A DNA stretch of 64,000 nucleotides from NCBI RefSeq assembly GCF_037042905.1, contig NC_087245.1, positions 25,608,001-25,672,000 of the forward strand, given 5' to 3'. This DNA comes from Lytechinus pictus. Its lineage: Eukaryota. The notes under the pieces were generated by a model that was given only the letters and a program-made list of their open reading frames with translations, made no database searches and was not told the origin of the DNA. The position numbers and the translations under genes were made by a program. This document shows positions 1 through 11,926 of the stretch, piece after piece; the stretch's first letter is position 1; every line of letters starts with the position of its first letter.

Positions 1-3000
1 CGTTCGTCAACCTTTTGTGACAGAAACTGACATAGAGCTCACGTCAGCTTAAAATTATTGTGAAAAACTGTCATTTTTAATGTCTTTCTTTATATGGCAT
101 TTACTTCCGGTCTATTGCCAGTGCACAAATAAAAGTGGTATCAATGTCACCGCATTGGAATGCTCTTTCCACCGATACCAAATACGACATAGGTTACAAC
201 AGAAAATTTCAAGATAAGCCAATCTGAACACATGGTATACTGCTCACAATGCACATATTATCAACAATAAAATTGTACTTAATGTCTATGGCATAACGTA
301 TTATGCATGCACATCGTTCTGCTATGTACTTTACACTGAGTTACGTTTATGAACTGTCAGGGATATTTGTATGCTTATTCATATCACTCTCTCTGTGTCT
401 TTCTCTCCCTTCTCTCTCTTTGTTGAGCGGCCATGGTCAAAAAATGGACGAAATCTGTTTGACTCGAGAATGCAACTTCCTATGGAGGGCATAATGTCCT
501 AAATCCACTTTGATTAACATGTAATTTTTTTTAATTCCTCCCCTGCCTCCGCTCCTCATCCAAATTCATTTGGCAGACATGTTGTCCATGATGCATTATT
601 GTGTACCTCTTATTTCATTTTCTAAAATCATTCATACATGACAGTGCATGCGCCATTTTGAGTGAGTGACATCATCATCTCTCTCATTTGGATGCAACTG
701 GCTCGTTCATATAACTATTTTGTTAAAAATAAGCGAAACTTTGAAATGTCATAACTTTCTTATTTTACATCCGATTTTGATGAAATTTTCAGCTTTGTGC
801 TTGTCTCATTTTTCCCTATTGATTCAAATCAACATTTTTCTGAGGTGGACTTGACCTTTCAATCAGACGCGTCAATGCATGCACATCGTTCTGAAACGAT
901 TGCAGTTCTAGTCTTCTTCTTCTGCTTCTTCCACAAAATCCCATTTGTTTAACACATGGTGTTTGTTAGCTCTGCCCTGGCTCCGTCCCTCATCCAAATT
1001 CATCCAAACTTGGTAGACATGTTGTCCAGCATTTATAGTTGTGCACCTCGTCTTCTTTTTTCCAAAATCACTCATGCATGACCATCCAGGCGCCATTTTG
1101 TAAATTTCAAGTCCATTTTTATACCATTACTAATCTCGTCCTAACTCCCCCATCCTGCATGCTACAGACTTCTAACAAATTGCTATAGATAGTCAAAGAA
1201 TTGCTTCATCATCTGCGACGTATAACCTGACCTTCAAAATGCCATCTTCATGCTCTAAATTCAAATCCGAAATAGCCTTCCTTCAAAAACGTCATATTTA
1301 TTGAAATGTAAAGTCAAAAAATCGTAAAATAGCCATAACTTTCTTGTTTTTATTCATTTTGAGCCTATATTCTCAGGAATTGAAACTGGTACCATATCAT
1401 ACACACGGTATAGTTTATACGCATCATTGATTTTCTGTTATTGAAATAGCGCCCTCTAAAGTTTCAAAAACACTTACCTTTGAATGCTCCTCATTGCGTC
1501 ATGCATGGCCAAACCCGTACCCTTTTTTAGATTTAGGGTGTTCAAGATATGCCCTTTCATGCCATTTAGAAAAATATATACCTTACAACTGACGAAATAT
1601 CTGAAAAATGCTCCCGAATATCAGCAAAATACGCAAAAATGCACTATAATGCCAGCACAACTTCAACTAGCTCTTATTTCCTTATTATTGAAGCTTATCC
1701 TTTCTAACTTGGCAGATATGAGTATTGATATATACTTTAACCGTTCGTTAACCTTTTGTGACAGAAACTGACAAAAATCTGACGTCAGTTTAAAATTATT
1801 GTGCAAAACTGTCATTTTTAATGTCTTTCTTTATATGGCATTTACTTCCGATCTATTGCTTGCGCACAATTAAAAGGGGTATCAATGTCACCGCATGGGA
1901 ATGCTCTTTCCAGTGATACCAAATACGACATAGGTTACAACAGAAAATTTCAAGATAAGCCAATCTGAACACATGGTATACTACTCACAACGCACACATT
2001 ATCAACAACAGAATTGTACACAATGTCAATGGCATAACGTATTATGCGTGCACATCGTTCTGCTATGTACTTTACACTGAGTTACGTTAATGACTGTCAG
2101 GGAAATTTGTATGCTTATTCATAACACTCTCTCTGTGTCTTTGTCTCCCTTTTCTCTCTTTGTTGAGCGGCCATATGGTCTAAAAATGGACGAAATCTGT
2201 TTGACTCGAGAATGTAACTTCCCCTGGAGGGTACAATGTACCAAAATCCACTTTGATTAACATGTAATTTTTGTTAGTCCTCCCCTGCCTCCTCTCCTCA
2301 TCCAAATTCATTCCGATTTGGTAGACATGTTGTCCATGATGCATTATTGTGTACCTCTTATTTCATTTTGTAAAATCATTCATGCATGATATTGCATGCG
2401 CCATTTTGAGAGTGACATCATCATCTCTCTCATTTGGATGTAACTGGCTCGTTCATATAACTCTTTTGTTAAAAATAAGCGAAACTTTGAAATGTCATAA
2501 CTTTCTTATTTTACATCCGATTTTGATGAAATTTTCAGCATTGTGCTTGTCTGATTTTTTCCCTATTGATTCCAATCAAGATTTTTCTGAGGTGGACTTG
2601 ACCTTTCAATCAGACGCGTCAATGCATGCACATCGTTCGGAAACGATTGCAGTTCTAGTCTTCTTTGCATTGACGCCCAATGGCGACAATGCATTGTTCT
2701 TGTTCCGTATTCCTATTCCGTCGTCTTCTTCTTCTGCTTCTTCCACAAAATCCCATTTGTTTAACACATGGTTTTTGTTAGCTCTACCCTGGCTCCGTCC
2801 CTCGTCCAAATTCATCCAAACTTTGTAGACATGTTGTCCAGCATCCCTAGTTGTGCACATCGTCTTCCATTTTCCAAAATCACTCATGCATGACAATCAA
2901 GGCTCCATTTTCCAAAATCACTCATGCATGACCATCAAGGCGCCATTTTGTAAATTTAAAGTCCATTTGCATACCATTACTAATCTCGTCCTAACTCCCG

Positions 3001-4508
3001 CATCCTGCATGCTACAAACTTCTAACAAATTGCTATAGATAGTCAAAGAGTTGCTCCATCATCTGCGACGTATAAACTGACCTTCAAAATGCCATCTTCA
3101 TGCCCTAAATTCAAATCCGAAATAGCCTTCCTTCAAAAACTTCATATTTATTGAAATGTAAAGTCAAAAAAACGTAAAATGGCCATAACTTTCTTGTTTT
3201 TATTCAATTCGAGCTAATATTTTCAGGAATTGATACAGGCAACATATTTTACTTACGAGTTAGTTTTCATGCATCATTGACTTTCCGGTATTGAAATAGC
3301 GCCCTCTAAAGTTTCAAAAACGCTTACGTTTGAATGCTCCTCATTGCGTCATGCATGGCCAAACCCGTACCCTTTTTTAGATTTAGGGTGTTCAAGATAT
3401 CCCCTTTCATGCCAATTAGAAAAATATATACCTTACCACTGACGAAATATCTGACAAATGCTCCCGAAAATCAGCAAAATACGCAAAATGCACTATAATG
3501 CCAGCACAACTTCAACTTGCTCTTATTTCCTTATTATTGAAGCTTATCCTTTCTAACTTGGCAGATATGAGTATTGATATATACTTTAACCGTTCGTCAA
3601 CCTTTTTGTGACAGAAACTGACATAGAGCTCACGTCAGCGTAAAATTATTGTGAAAAACTGTCATTTTTAATGTCTTTCTTTACATGGCATTTACTTCCG
3701 GTCTATTGCCTGCGCACAAATAAAAGTGGTATCAATGTCACCGCATTGGAATGGTCTTTCCACTGATACCAAATACGACATAGGTTACAACAGAAAATTT
3801 CAAGATAAGCCAATCTGAACACATGGTATACTGCTCACAATGCACACATTATCAACAACAAAATTGTACACAATGTCTATGGCATAACGTATTATGCATG
3901 CACATCGTTCTGCTATGTACTTTACACTGAGGTACGTTTATGAACTGTCAGGGATATTTGTATACTTATTCATATCACTCTCTCTGTGTCTTTCTCTCCC
4001 TTCTCTCTCTTTGTTGAGCGGCCATGGTCTAAAAATGGACGAAATCTGTTTGACTCGAGAATGTAACTTCCTATGGAGGGCAAAATATACCAAAATCCAC
4101 TTTGATTAACATGTAATTTTTCTTAGTCCTCCCTGCCTCCGCTCCTCATCCAAATTCATTCCGATTTGGTAGACATGTTGTCCATGATGCATTATTGTGT
4201 ACCTCTTATTTCATTTTCTAAAATCATTCATGCATGACAGTGCATGCACCATTTTGAGTGAGTGACATCATCATCTCTCTCATTTGCATGTAACTGGCTC
4301 GTTCATATAACTATTTTGTTAGAAATAAGCGAAACTTTGAAATGTCATAACTTTCTTTTTTTACATCCGATTTCGATGAAATTTTCAGCATTGTGCTTGT
4401 CTGCTTTTTCCCTATTGAATCAAATCAACATTTTTATGAGGTGGACTTGACCTCTAGATCAGACACGTCAATGCATGCACATCGTAATGAAACGATTGCA
4501 GTTCTAGT
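1..4508 (+). mobile_element. Head-to-tail tandem array of ~1.75-1.85-kb non-autonomous Helentron (HINE-like) units; begins before the window
   Basis: Positions 1, 1742 and 3591 are homologous. Units end in a subTIR (CGTCAATGC), a hairpin (ATCGTT-n4-AACGAT) and TTCTAGT, with CTAG ending at 911, 2658 and 4507. The unit start at 2666-2693 has the complementary GCATTGACG in a hairpin, followed by TTCC/TTC microsatellite. Confidence 0.75.
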
Positions 4509-5142
4509 TTTATTCCTATTCTTATCATTTCACTTTTGTTTATTTTGTCTTTATGTTATTTCATTGTTAGAGGCTTATTTTCCTATAGAAACCACGGACC
4601 AAGTAGAAATTAAGATCAAAATCTTCCAGGGACACTTACAAATTCCGCTTTCATTTTTATTCAATCCATTCTGCCATCTTGTTGCATCTGTTTACCTTTC
4701 GAAGAAGCATTTGGTGTTCCAGAGAATGAGCCATCGCTACATGGACTTTGATTTCGCTACTACAGAAGGTACAAAAACAAACCAGTAAAATTAATCATTA
4801 AAATCGGTGAAAATTGTTGAAACTGAGACACAAACAGATCTAATGAGTAACATAGCCTTGCAAAAGCCTTATTTTGACCTTTTTCCTTTTGAACTCTTCC
4901 ATTTAGTCTTTCTTCAACATGAGACCTATATGTGGATATGTAGAAAGCACTATTATGCGTCATATATATGCGTCATAAACATTTAACAACTCACACGTGT
5001 ATTTGTTACGGAATATTTATAGATAAACTTGTCATTCTGACAGGCACATGCTGCCATTTCGCATTTCACAAACATTTTCATAAGTCAGATGATCAGTCGA
5101 ATATATTCATTAATGCTTCAGACATTTTTAGTTAGATATATA

Positions 5143-5464
5143 GGCCCGTATTCTGAAGTCAGGTTTAACTTAGACCACGATCTAACTCTGTGCTAAAATT
5201 ATTGGAGCCAAAAATAAAAAAAATTCTGTATCTAAAATGTCTAATGTATATTTCTTATGTTTACTATTTTGCTCTCATGATGAAGAAAAATACTTAAAAA
5301 ATACTTCATTTATCATCCCCAGACAATTATGAATAATTTGGGTGTCATATGAGTCAATAAATTTGATGTGTACTGTTAGAGATTTGTGCCCCGACTGGCT
5401 CTTCATAATTAAACCACAATTTTAAACCAGGGTTTGATTTAAACCCGAGTTCAGAATACGGGCC
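5143..5464. mobile_element. MITE, PIF/Harbinger-like
   Basis: 15-bp TIR GGCCCGTATTCTGAA/TTCAGAATACGGGCC; 3-bp ATA on both flanks. Confidence 0.8.
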
Positions 5465-5829
5465 ATAGAATCTAGAATTACAAATTGACATAATGAGATA
5501 AAGAATACCCATTATTATATAACATAAAAAGTGTATTTTCATAAAGCTACTCGTAAATATTACGTTGGACATAATTGTGGACCTTAAGTGTTTCCTTGGT
5601 GTACACCACAGTGCAAAACGATGCACAAACCACCATGACGATTTGCCTCTGCTTTCAGACGGACTTGAGAGTTCTCGTATCGTATTAGGTTTAAACTTTT
5701 TCCGCGTCGGAATGTTCTTAAACTAGAGTATAGTCGACCGGTCGTTGCGTCAGAATGGTTGTATATGTATGGTATCGTATGCCAAGCAGCCAAGATAAAA
5801 CGACTAGTTGGTTGACTATAATTATGCAT

Positions 5830-6240
5830 GGGGACTTAGTCGGACCAAATACATGTATATTGCGTTATTTCCAACGACCTACGATCTGTCGGTTTGGATT
5901 TGATTATCCTACTGATTATCCTACAACGGCGAAACTGACTCCAGACCGACCAAACATAGTTTCCAATGACATACCATCGGTTGGTTTGGACTCGCCTAGT
6001 TTTCCTGGGAACCGGATCGAAACCGACTTAGTCTGACCAAATGTATTGCGTTATTTCCAACGACATACGATCGGTCGGTTTGGATTCGGATTTCGTCGAT
6101 GTATCCCACTGCAATAACGGCGAAGCCAACTCCAGACCGACCAAACATATTACGTTGTTTCAATTGGATTTGGTTTTCCCGGGAACCGCAGCAAAACCGA
6201 CTTAGTCAGACAAAATATTACGTTGTTTCCAATGACGTTC
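5830..6240. repeat. Degenerate tandem repeat of ~65-110-bp subunits alternating A/B
   Basis: GACTTAGTC.GACCAAA at ~5833, 6026 and 6199 alternates with CCAGACCGACCAAACATA at 5941 and 6132; most subunits contain TTTCCAAYGAC. Confidence 0.65.
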
Positions 6241-7443
6241 ATGTGACTGACATTACGTATAATTGGGCATTAAGACTCCGGAAAAAAGTCGTCAAAGTCT
6301 ACTGCAAATATCGATAAGAGGAACTGAAACCATGGTTGAATTGGTATCCTCACAAGTCATGTAATTGTCCATGTAGTATGGCACGTTCACGATGATCAGG
6401 GTATCATGTGATTGAACACGTTTAATGACAAATTCATGACAAATCCCAAGTGATGCAAGTTAATAGGCCTACATTGTTCGATGGTTCTTTCAAGTCCTAT
6501 CGCTTATTGTAATTGTTCATTCATAATATGTTCAAGAAATATCGAATTAGAAGAAGAGTAACGCAATAAACCTGGCAAAGTTGTCATCATCGGTATAAAT
6601 GACACAGCGAATTTATTTAGAGTTATACGAATTCGTTTTTTCTCTGAAAATTGTGTTGATAACGGCATTTAGGCGTCTTCGTTAATTTTCAAAGGTCTCT
6701 AAAGCTCATACAACGTGACAATGTAGTCACATGTTCACATCTCCAAGCGATACAAGTTTGCAATCCCCTTTTGAATACAAATATGTATATGAATTCATAC
6801 AACCTTTTGATGGATGAGACTTAAATTCACGCGATTATTGTTTTTTGAAAAATGATTTTATGCTATTCGTCATTTCTTTTCTTCATTTTCTTTATTATTC
6901 TAGATAAATTGTTGTAGTCTATTTGGAGCGATATAAGATGGAGTAATCCAAGGGGTTTAGGAAATCACAAACTTCCAAATAAAAAAACTTGGAAAGGCTA
7001 GGAATTAACTATTTTCGATAACGGCACATAAGATTTTATAATTTATCATCGGAAATTTTTACGGGATATATATAGATTTTTGACAAGACTAATGGACACT
7101 CTACACTTTGCCACTCTCCACCCAGGAGATGAATGGGATGAGATTCTGGTACGATGTGTTGGTCACTGTATATAGCCCAGCATTTGAGGGACTTTTCGAT
7201 TTTCACGTCTACGATATATTAGACCCGATGAAATCTCTCTAGTTCTTTCGCTTTGGCATGCCCGTTCCTAGCGAAACCCAGCAAACAGCTCTTGTTTCTT
7301 TTTTTTAAAAGATTTTCTTCGCAAACAATGTTAATTTTTCTTAATCCATTTGGGTTTTCTTTACTTTCCCTATTCTAACATTCATTTTCTATCCCGATTC
7401 ATTTTTAAAACATGTATGAATTCGACTTTCCAGACCTTGTAGT

Positions 7444-8361
7444 ACAAGTGGAGAGCATCTGGCAGTCTCGCCGGCATTACATGATTCAATATAGCAGCAG
7501 TGCTGACTTTGAAAATGACCATAAAATAATCATTCACAAAAAACACCATTCATATGACGATAAATACTATGTTCATTGACCCTAAATGACATTTGGCCAT
7601 AATCGCGTGATCACTTGTGCAATACGATCAGTGATACTTGATTACCCTTCTGTCCACATTTCATGTAATAGATCCATAAACTTTCAGTTATAATGGCAAT
7701 TCAACAAATACCCCCTACATGACCAAAGTTCATTGACCTTGGTCATGTTACCTGAAACTTATGCAGGATGTTCACGGATGTTTGAATACTCTTATGTCAA
7801 GGTTTCATGAACTAGATATATACATATACTTTCAGAGTTACATGTATGACATTTAAAAAACTTAACCTAGGTTAAGATTTCGTTTTGAATCCCCCAACAT
7901 AATCTAAGTTCATTGAAATGACCTTTGAACCTGGTCATGTGACCTGAAACTCCGGCAGGATGTTTAGTAACACTTGGTTATCCTCATTGCTAAGTTTTAT
8001 GAACTAGGTCTATATACTTTCGAAGCTATGGTGACCTTTCAAAAACATGACCTTAGGTAGAGATTTTGATGTTGATTTCCCAAACACGGTCTAAGTTCAA
8101 TGACCATAAATGACCTTTGACCTTAATTATGTGACCTCAAACTCTGGCAGGATATTTAATAATACTTAATACTTATTATGTCTGAGTTTCATGAACTAGG
8201 TCCATAAACTTCCCAAGTTATTATGACATTTCAAACCTTGACCTTTGGCATGTTTGGTTAAGATTTGATGTTGACGACGCCGCCGCGGCGCTTTTACGAC
8301 GGCGCGCCGTCGTAAACGCGGCGCCTATAATAGTTTTATTCTGCTAAGCAGGCGACAAAAA
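7444..8361 (-). mobile_element. Non-autonomous Helentron (HINE-like), family B, copy 1
   Basis: ACAAGTGGAG..CTGGCAGTCTCGCC at one end and GCAGGCGAC-A-run at the other (subterminal IRs); GCC microsatellite; internal TGACCT-rich subrepeats; homologous to 30502-31194. Confidence 0.75.
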
Positions 8362-9851
8362 CATGGTAAATTAAATCACGTCTAAACCATGATGGCATTT
8401 ATGGTGATAGATAACCCATGGTGTCCGGCTATAATTCTCCATTTTCTCCAAACAATTATTCACATCGATGTTTCAGGTTTTTAAAAGTATTATTGCGCTT
8501 ATACATGTTACATTGGTGGCGTTTTAATGCTGCCGCGGCGCCTATTGAAGTGATAAAGAAGACCCATAATAAATGGTCCCCTCCTGTTTTGACCCGACAC
8601 CCGCACGATAAGAGTTGGACGAGCACTCAGTGTACAACATGACAAGCCTCGTATTTCATGAAATTTATCGAAAATGAGAAATATACGCAGGAAGTATCGC
8701 TTCAATATGAGCTCCTACTTCGAGTGGTAAATTGGTAAGATAATCATGATAATGGTAGTCTAATGAGACTGAATGCATTCTGATGAAGGTAAAGGTTAAT
8801 GATGACAGCACCATCTCAGTCGGAAATAGGGGTCTTCGTGCAATCGGGTACCATCGGCGTACGATTTTACCAACTTGTTTTTTTATTGCGTGTAGTGTCT
8901 AGTTAATTAATGTTGATGTTTCTCATTTTCGTCAAATCGTGTCGCATTGGGTTGAAAATGTGGACAATTATACTTAGTGTCTTACATAAAATTGAAATTA
9001 TCACTTTTTGCTCAAGAACAGCAACGATAGCTTTATGATTACAAAGCAAATTAGACGATCATACATATTGAATAGAAGAGGGCGACGCCATGGCATTTTG
9101 ATATGGAGGCCTCCGGAGGCAAGATGACCTATAATGACGTCATTTTTTTACAATTGAACTGGGTTATTATTATTGCAAAGTAACGCGGCCCAGAGTAACG
9201 CGGTCTTTTTTTATAGACCTATTCTTCTTTCCTCCCTTTCTCCTTCTTTTTCTTCCTTATCCCCTTTTTTCACTACTCGAAAAAAAACATAAAGGACGTT
9301 CGCCCTCAGCCCAACCCATTGCTGGCGCCGCCTATGTGTTTCTACGTGGTTGTCTCATTAGTTTATGCCTTGAAGTTTGAACATCTTTAAGAGCAAGAAC
9401 ATAACCTCGATCGAAGATCTGAGCGATTAGTAAAAACCTTCTACTGAATATAACCTATGGATTACGAAATAATGAAGCATATTTCTTTTAAAAAATCCAT
9501 GATGTATAAGTGTGCATGGTTACGTCAAGATATAAAGGTATAAGAAAACAAGAACACTACTGTCGTCAACAAGAAGCCATACTGGATACACGTTGTATCA
9601 TCTGACTGAATAATGAGATGGCGAGAGATAAGAGAGTGCACGAGGGAGAGGGGGTGGGGGCGTGAGTAGTAATGGGCACACTACAAAGGAGTTAATACGT
9701 GAATTACATAGGAACCATGTATGTCCCATCTGCCGCCTAAATACATAAAAACCACCTAAAACAAAAATAAAAGAACATCTCAATCACATCTGTTTTAAAG
9801 AAATAATTCTAACAGCATGAATGTGCAGACTTCGAGCTTAATGTCGGAGAC

Positions 9852-10139
9852 CAAGGGCGGATCCAGGAATTGCAAAGTGGGGCACATTTTCCCGAGGAAA
9901 AATTTGACAAGCCCCCCCCCCCCCTCAAAAAAAAAAAAAGGTTTTCAACCAAAAATTACATTTCGTTCACAAAAAAAATTGACAAGCCAAAAATAGAGAG
10001 AAAGGTCCTCACTTTCAAAAGAGGGGCACACTTATCTTTTAGCGGCATTTTTGCATTACAAATTTTAATTGTGCCTCTCAAGGGAGGGAGGGGGGGGGGG
10101 GGGGGACAAGCCGGCTGTGCTCTCGTGGATCCGCCAGTA
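9852..10139. mobile_element. hAT-like MITE
   Basis: Termini CAAGGGCGGATCC/GGATCCGCCAGTA; 8-bp TSD TCGGAGAC/TCGGAGAT; a related fragment lies in the opposite orientation at ~31240-31409. Confidence 0.7.
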
Positions 10140-10769
10140 TCGGAGATTATTATTATTTTTTTTACATGTAACATTCAAATTGGCTAGTTATCAGATTAAT
10201 TTTATAATTCGCTTCAAGTTCTGATTAATGATTTTTGATGTAGAATATTGCCATTATCTTTGGGTTTTAATGGATGGAAAGACAGGATTCATATGTAAGA
10301 GTGAAAAGGGCATGCTTTTTCCATCAAATTAATGGTTTATTATCAGCGAGGCCAGGCAAGATAGCGGTCGTTATCATATTTCAATCTCATCAATGATATT
10401 AAAGCCTGAAACCTTCATTATCTAGGATATACCCAGAGGAACATTTTTTTTCTGCAATCATGAAATCTTATTCCTTCTTGCAACTCGACACGTATTACAA
10501 CATTCAAGTCGTGGGTGGAATACATTATTAAATAGACATCCCTCCAATGTTTCAGATGAAAATATCAATCCAATCTAGTTCTACATAATCAAAACTAATA
10601 ATTCCCGAGTTTTAGATTACTTATCGATTATTTACATATAAGTAAGTTGTTTAATCACAAAGTGAAAATACACTGAAATCTCTTTTGAAAATCGTTGTTA
10701 TTTTTCTTAGTGATCGGATGCTTGTGGTTTGTGTGTGCTTAAGGTACCAAACACCACTTTGTGAACGTT

Positions 10770-11060
10770 TTGGAATGATTATGATGTTTATGATATTAAT
10801 AGTAATCAAATAATAATGATAGAAGTAATGATAACGATAATAGTAATGATTGTGATGATGATAATATAAAGGATAGTAATAATAAGAATGATAATAATAA
10901 AAAGAAGAAAAAAGAATAATTGCATTATTATAAAAATTGATAACAGTAATTACAATAATAATAGCAATAATACCACTCAAGATGATAATAATAATAGGGA
11001 AAATATTAATTCTAACAATAATAACGATAATAAATAATAACAATAATAATGAGAATTATA
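10770..11060. repeat. Degenerate (ATA/ATG)n microsatellite
   Basis: Trinucleotide low-complexity tract. Confidence 0.85.
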
Positions 11061-11264
11061 TATAAGTGTCAAAATGAAAATAATATCAATCTTCTTTTTG
11101 TTACCACTCGCCAGTCATATTGATTTAAAAACACTTTTCTAAGATCCGAGTGCGTTTTAATGACCAACCTGTACTCACACAGAGCCTTCAAATCTATTAT
11201 TAGTATGGTAATCAAGGCACTAAAAAGTGAATAGTGAGTGATAAAGTGCAAATATATCTAAATT

Positions 11265-11337
11265 GTTTCCGTAGTGTAGTGGTTATCACGTGCGCCTCAC
11301 ACGCGGAAGGTCCCCGGTTCGAACCCGGGCGGAAACA
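11265..11337 (+). tRNA. tRNA-Val(CAC), copy 1 (G-G mismatch in anticodon stem)
   Basis: GTTTCCGTAGTGTAGTGGTTATCACG...CTCACAC...GGTTCGAACCCGGGCGGAAACA, 73 nt, canonical metazoan tRNA-Val; T-run follows at 11341. Confidence 0.93.
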
Positions 11338-11430
11338 AACTTTTATTTTATTTTTTTGCTCATACAGTACGTCTGTTGGATTATAAGCCTTTGCAATATT
11401 ATTTGATGAATTTGCTTAGGTGCTAACAGT

Positions 11431-11503
11431 GTTTCCGTAGTGAAGTGGTTATCACGTGCGCCTCACACGCGCAAGGTCCCCGGTTCGAACCCGGGCGGAA
11501 ACA
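11431..11503 (+). tRNA. tRNA-Val(CAC), copy 2 (T13>A variant in the D arm/A box)
   Basis: 73 nt; perfect TGCGC/GCGCA anticodon stem; TTTT downstream. Confidence 0.92.
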
Positions 11504-11689
11504 AAATTTTAAATTTCTTTTAAATATTTTTAATCATACATTATGTTCTTTGGATTATAAGCCTTTGGAATATTATTTGATGAAATTCCCTAGGTGCTAA
11601 CAGTGTTTGGATTCTTCAAATCTATTAGTATGGTAATCAAGGCACTAAGAAGTGAATAGTGAGTGATAAAGTGTCAATATATAAACATT

Positions 11690-11762
11690 GTTTCCGTAGT
11701 GTAGTGGTTATCATGTGCGCCTCACACGCGCAAGGTCCCCGGTTCAAACCCGGGCGGAAACA
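11690..11762 (+). tRNA. tRNA-Val(CAC), copy 3 (CAT in D stem, TTCAAAC T loop)
   Basis: 73 nt; cloverleaf intact with a G-U pair. Confidence 0.9.
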
Positions 11763-11926
11763 ACATAATAAAATATATATTTTGTTAGATGTCTGTTTGA
11801 TTCTCGAATAAAAAATACTGTTATACATAACATTCACTTGTCCTCTCATTTTATCAGTAAGATGACTCCTGACAAACGTAGAAATGTAGTCTAATGCAAA
11901 TGTCAAACTTCTTGTTCTGATTTGGA

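Noticed and set aside
303..4788. Recurrent short ORFs (MHAHRS..., MTSSSLSF...) as a tandem gene family
   Set aside because: They recur only because the DNA is tandemly repeated; frames break differently in each unit and there are no domain motifs
5830..6240. CRISPR-like repeat-spacer array
   Set aside because: Repeats are degenerate, the 'spacers' are homologous to each other, there are no cas genes and the context is eukaryotic
10651..11043. 130-aa hydrophobic ORF (also 20623-20892, 31893-32087, 42500-42828)
   Set aside because: Translations of ATA/ATG microsatellites
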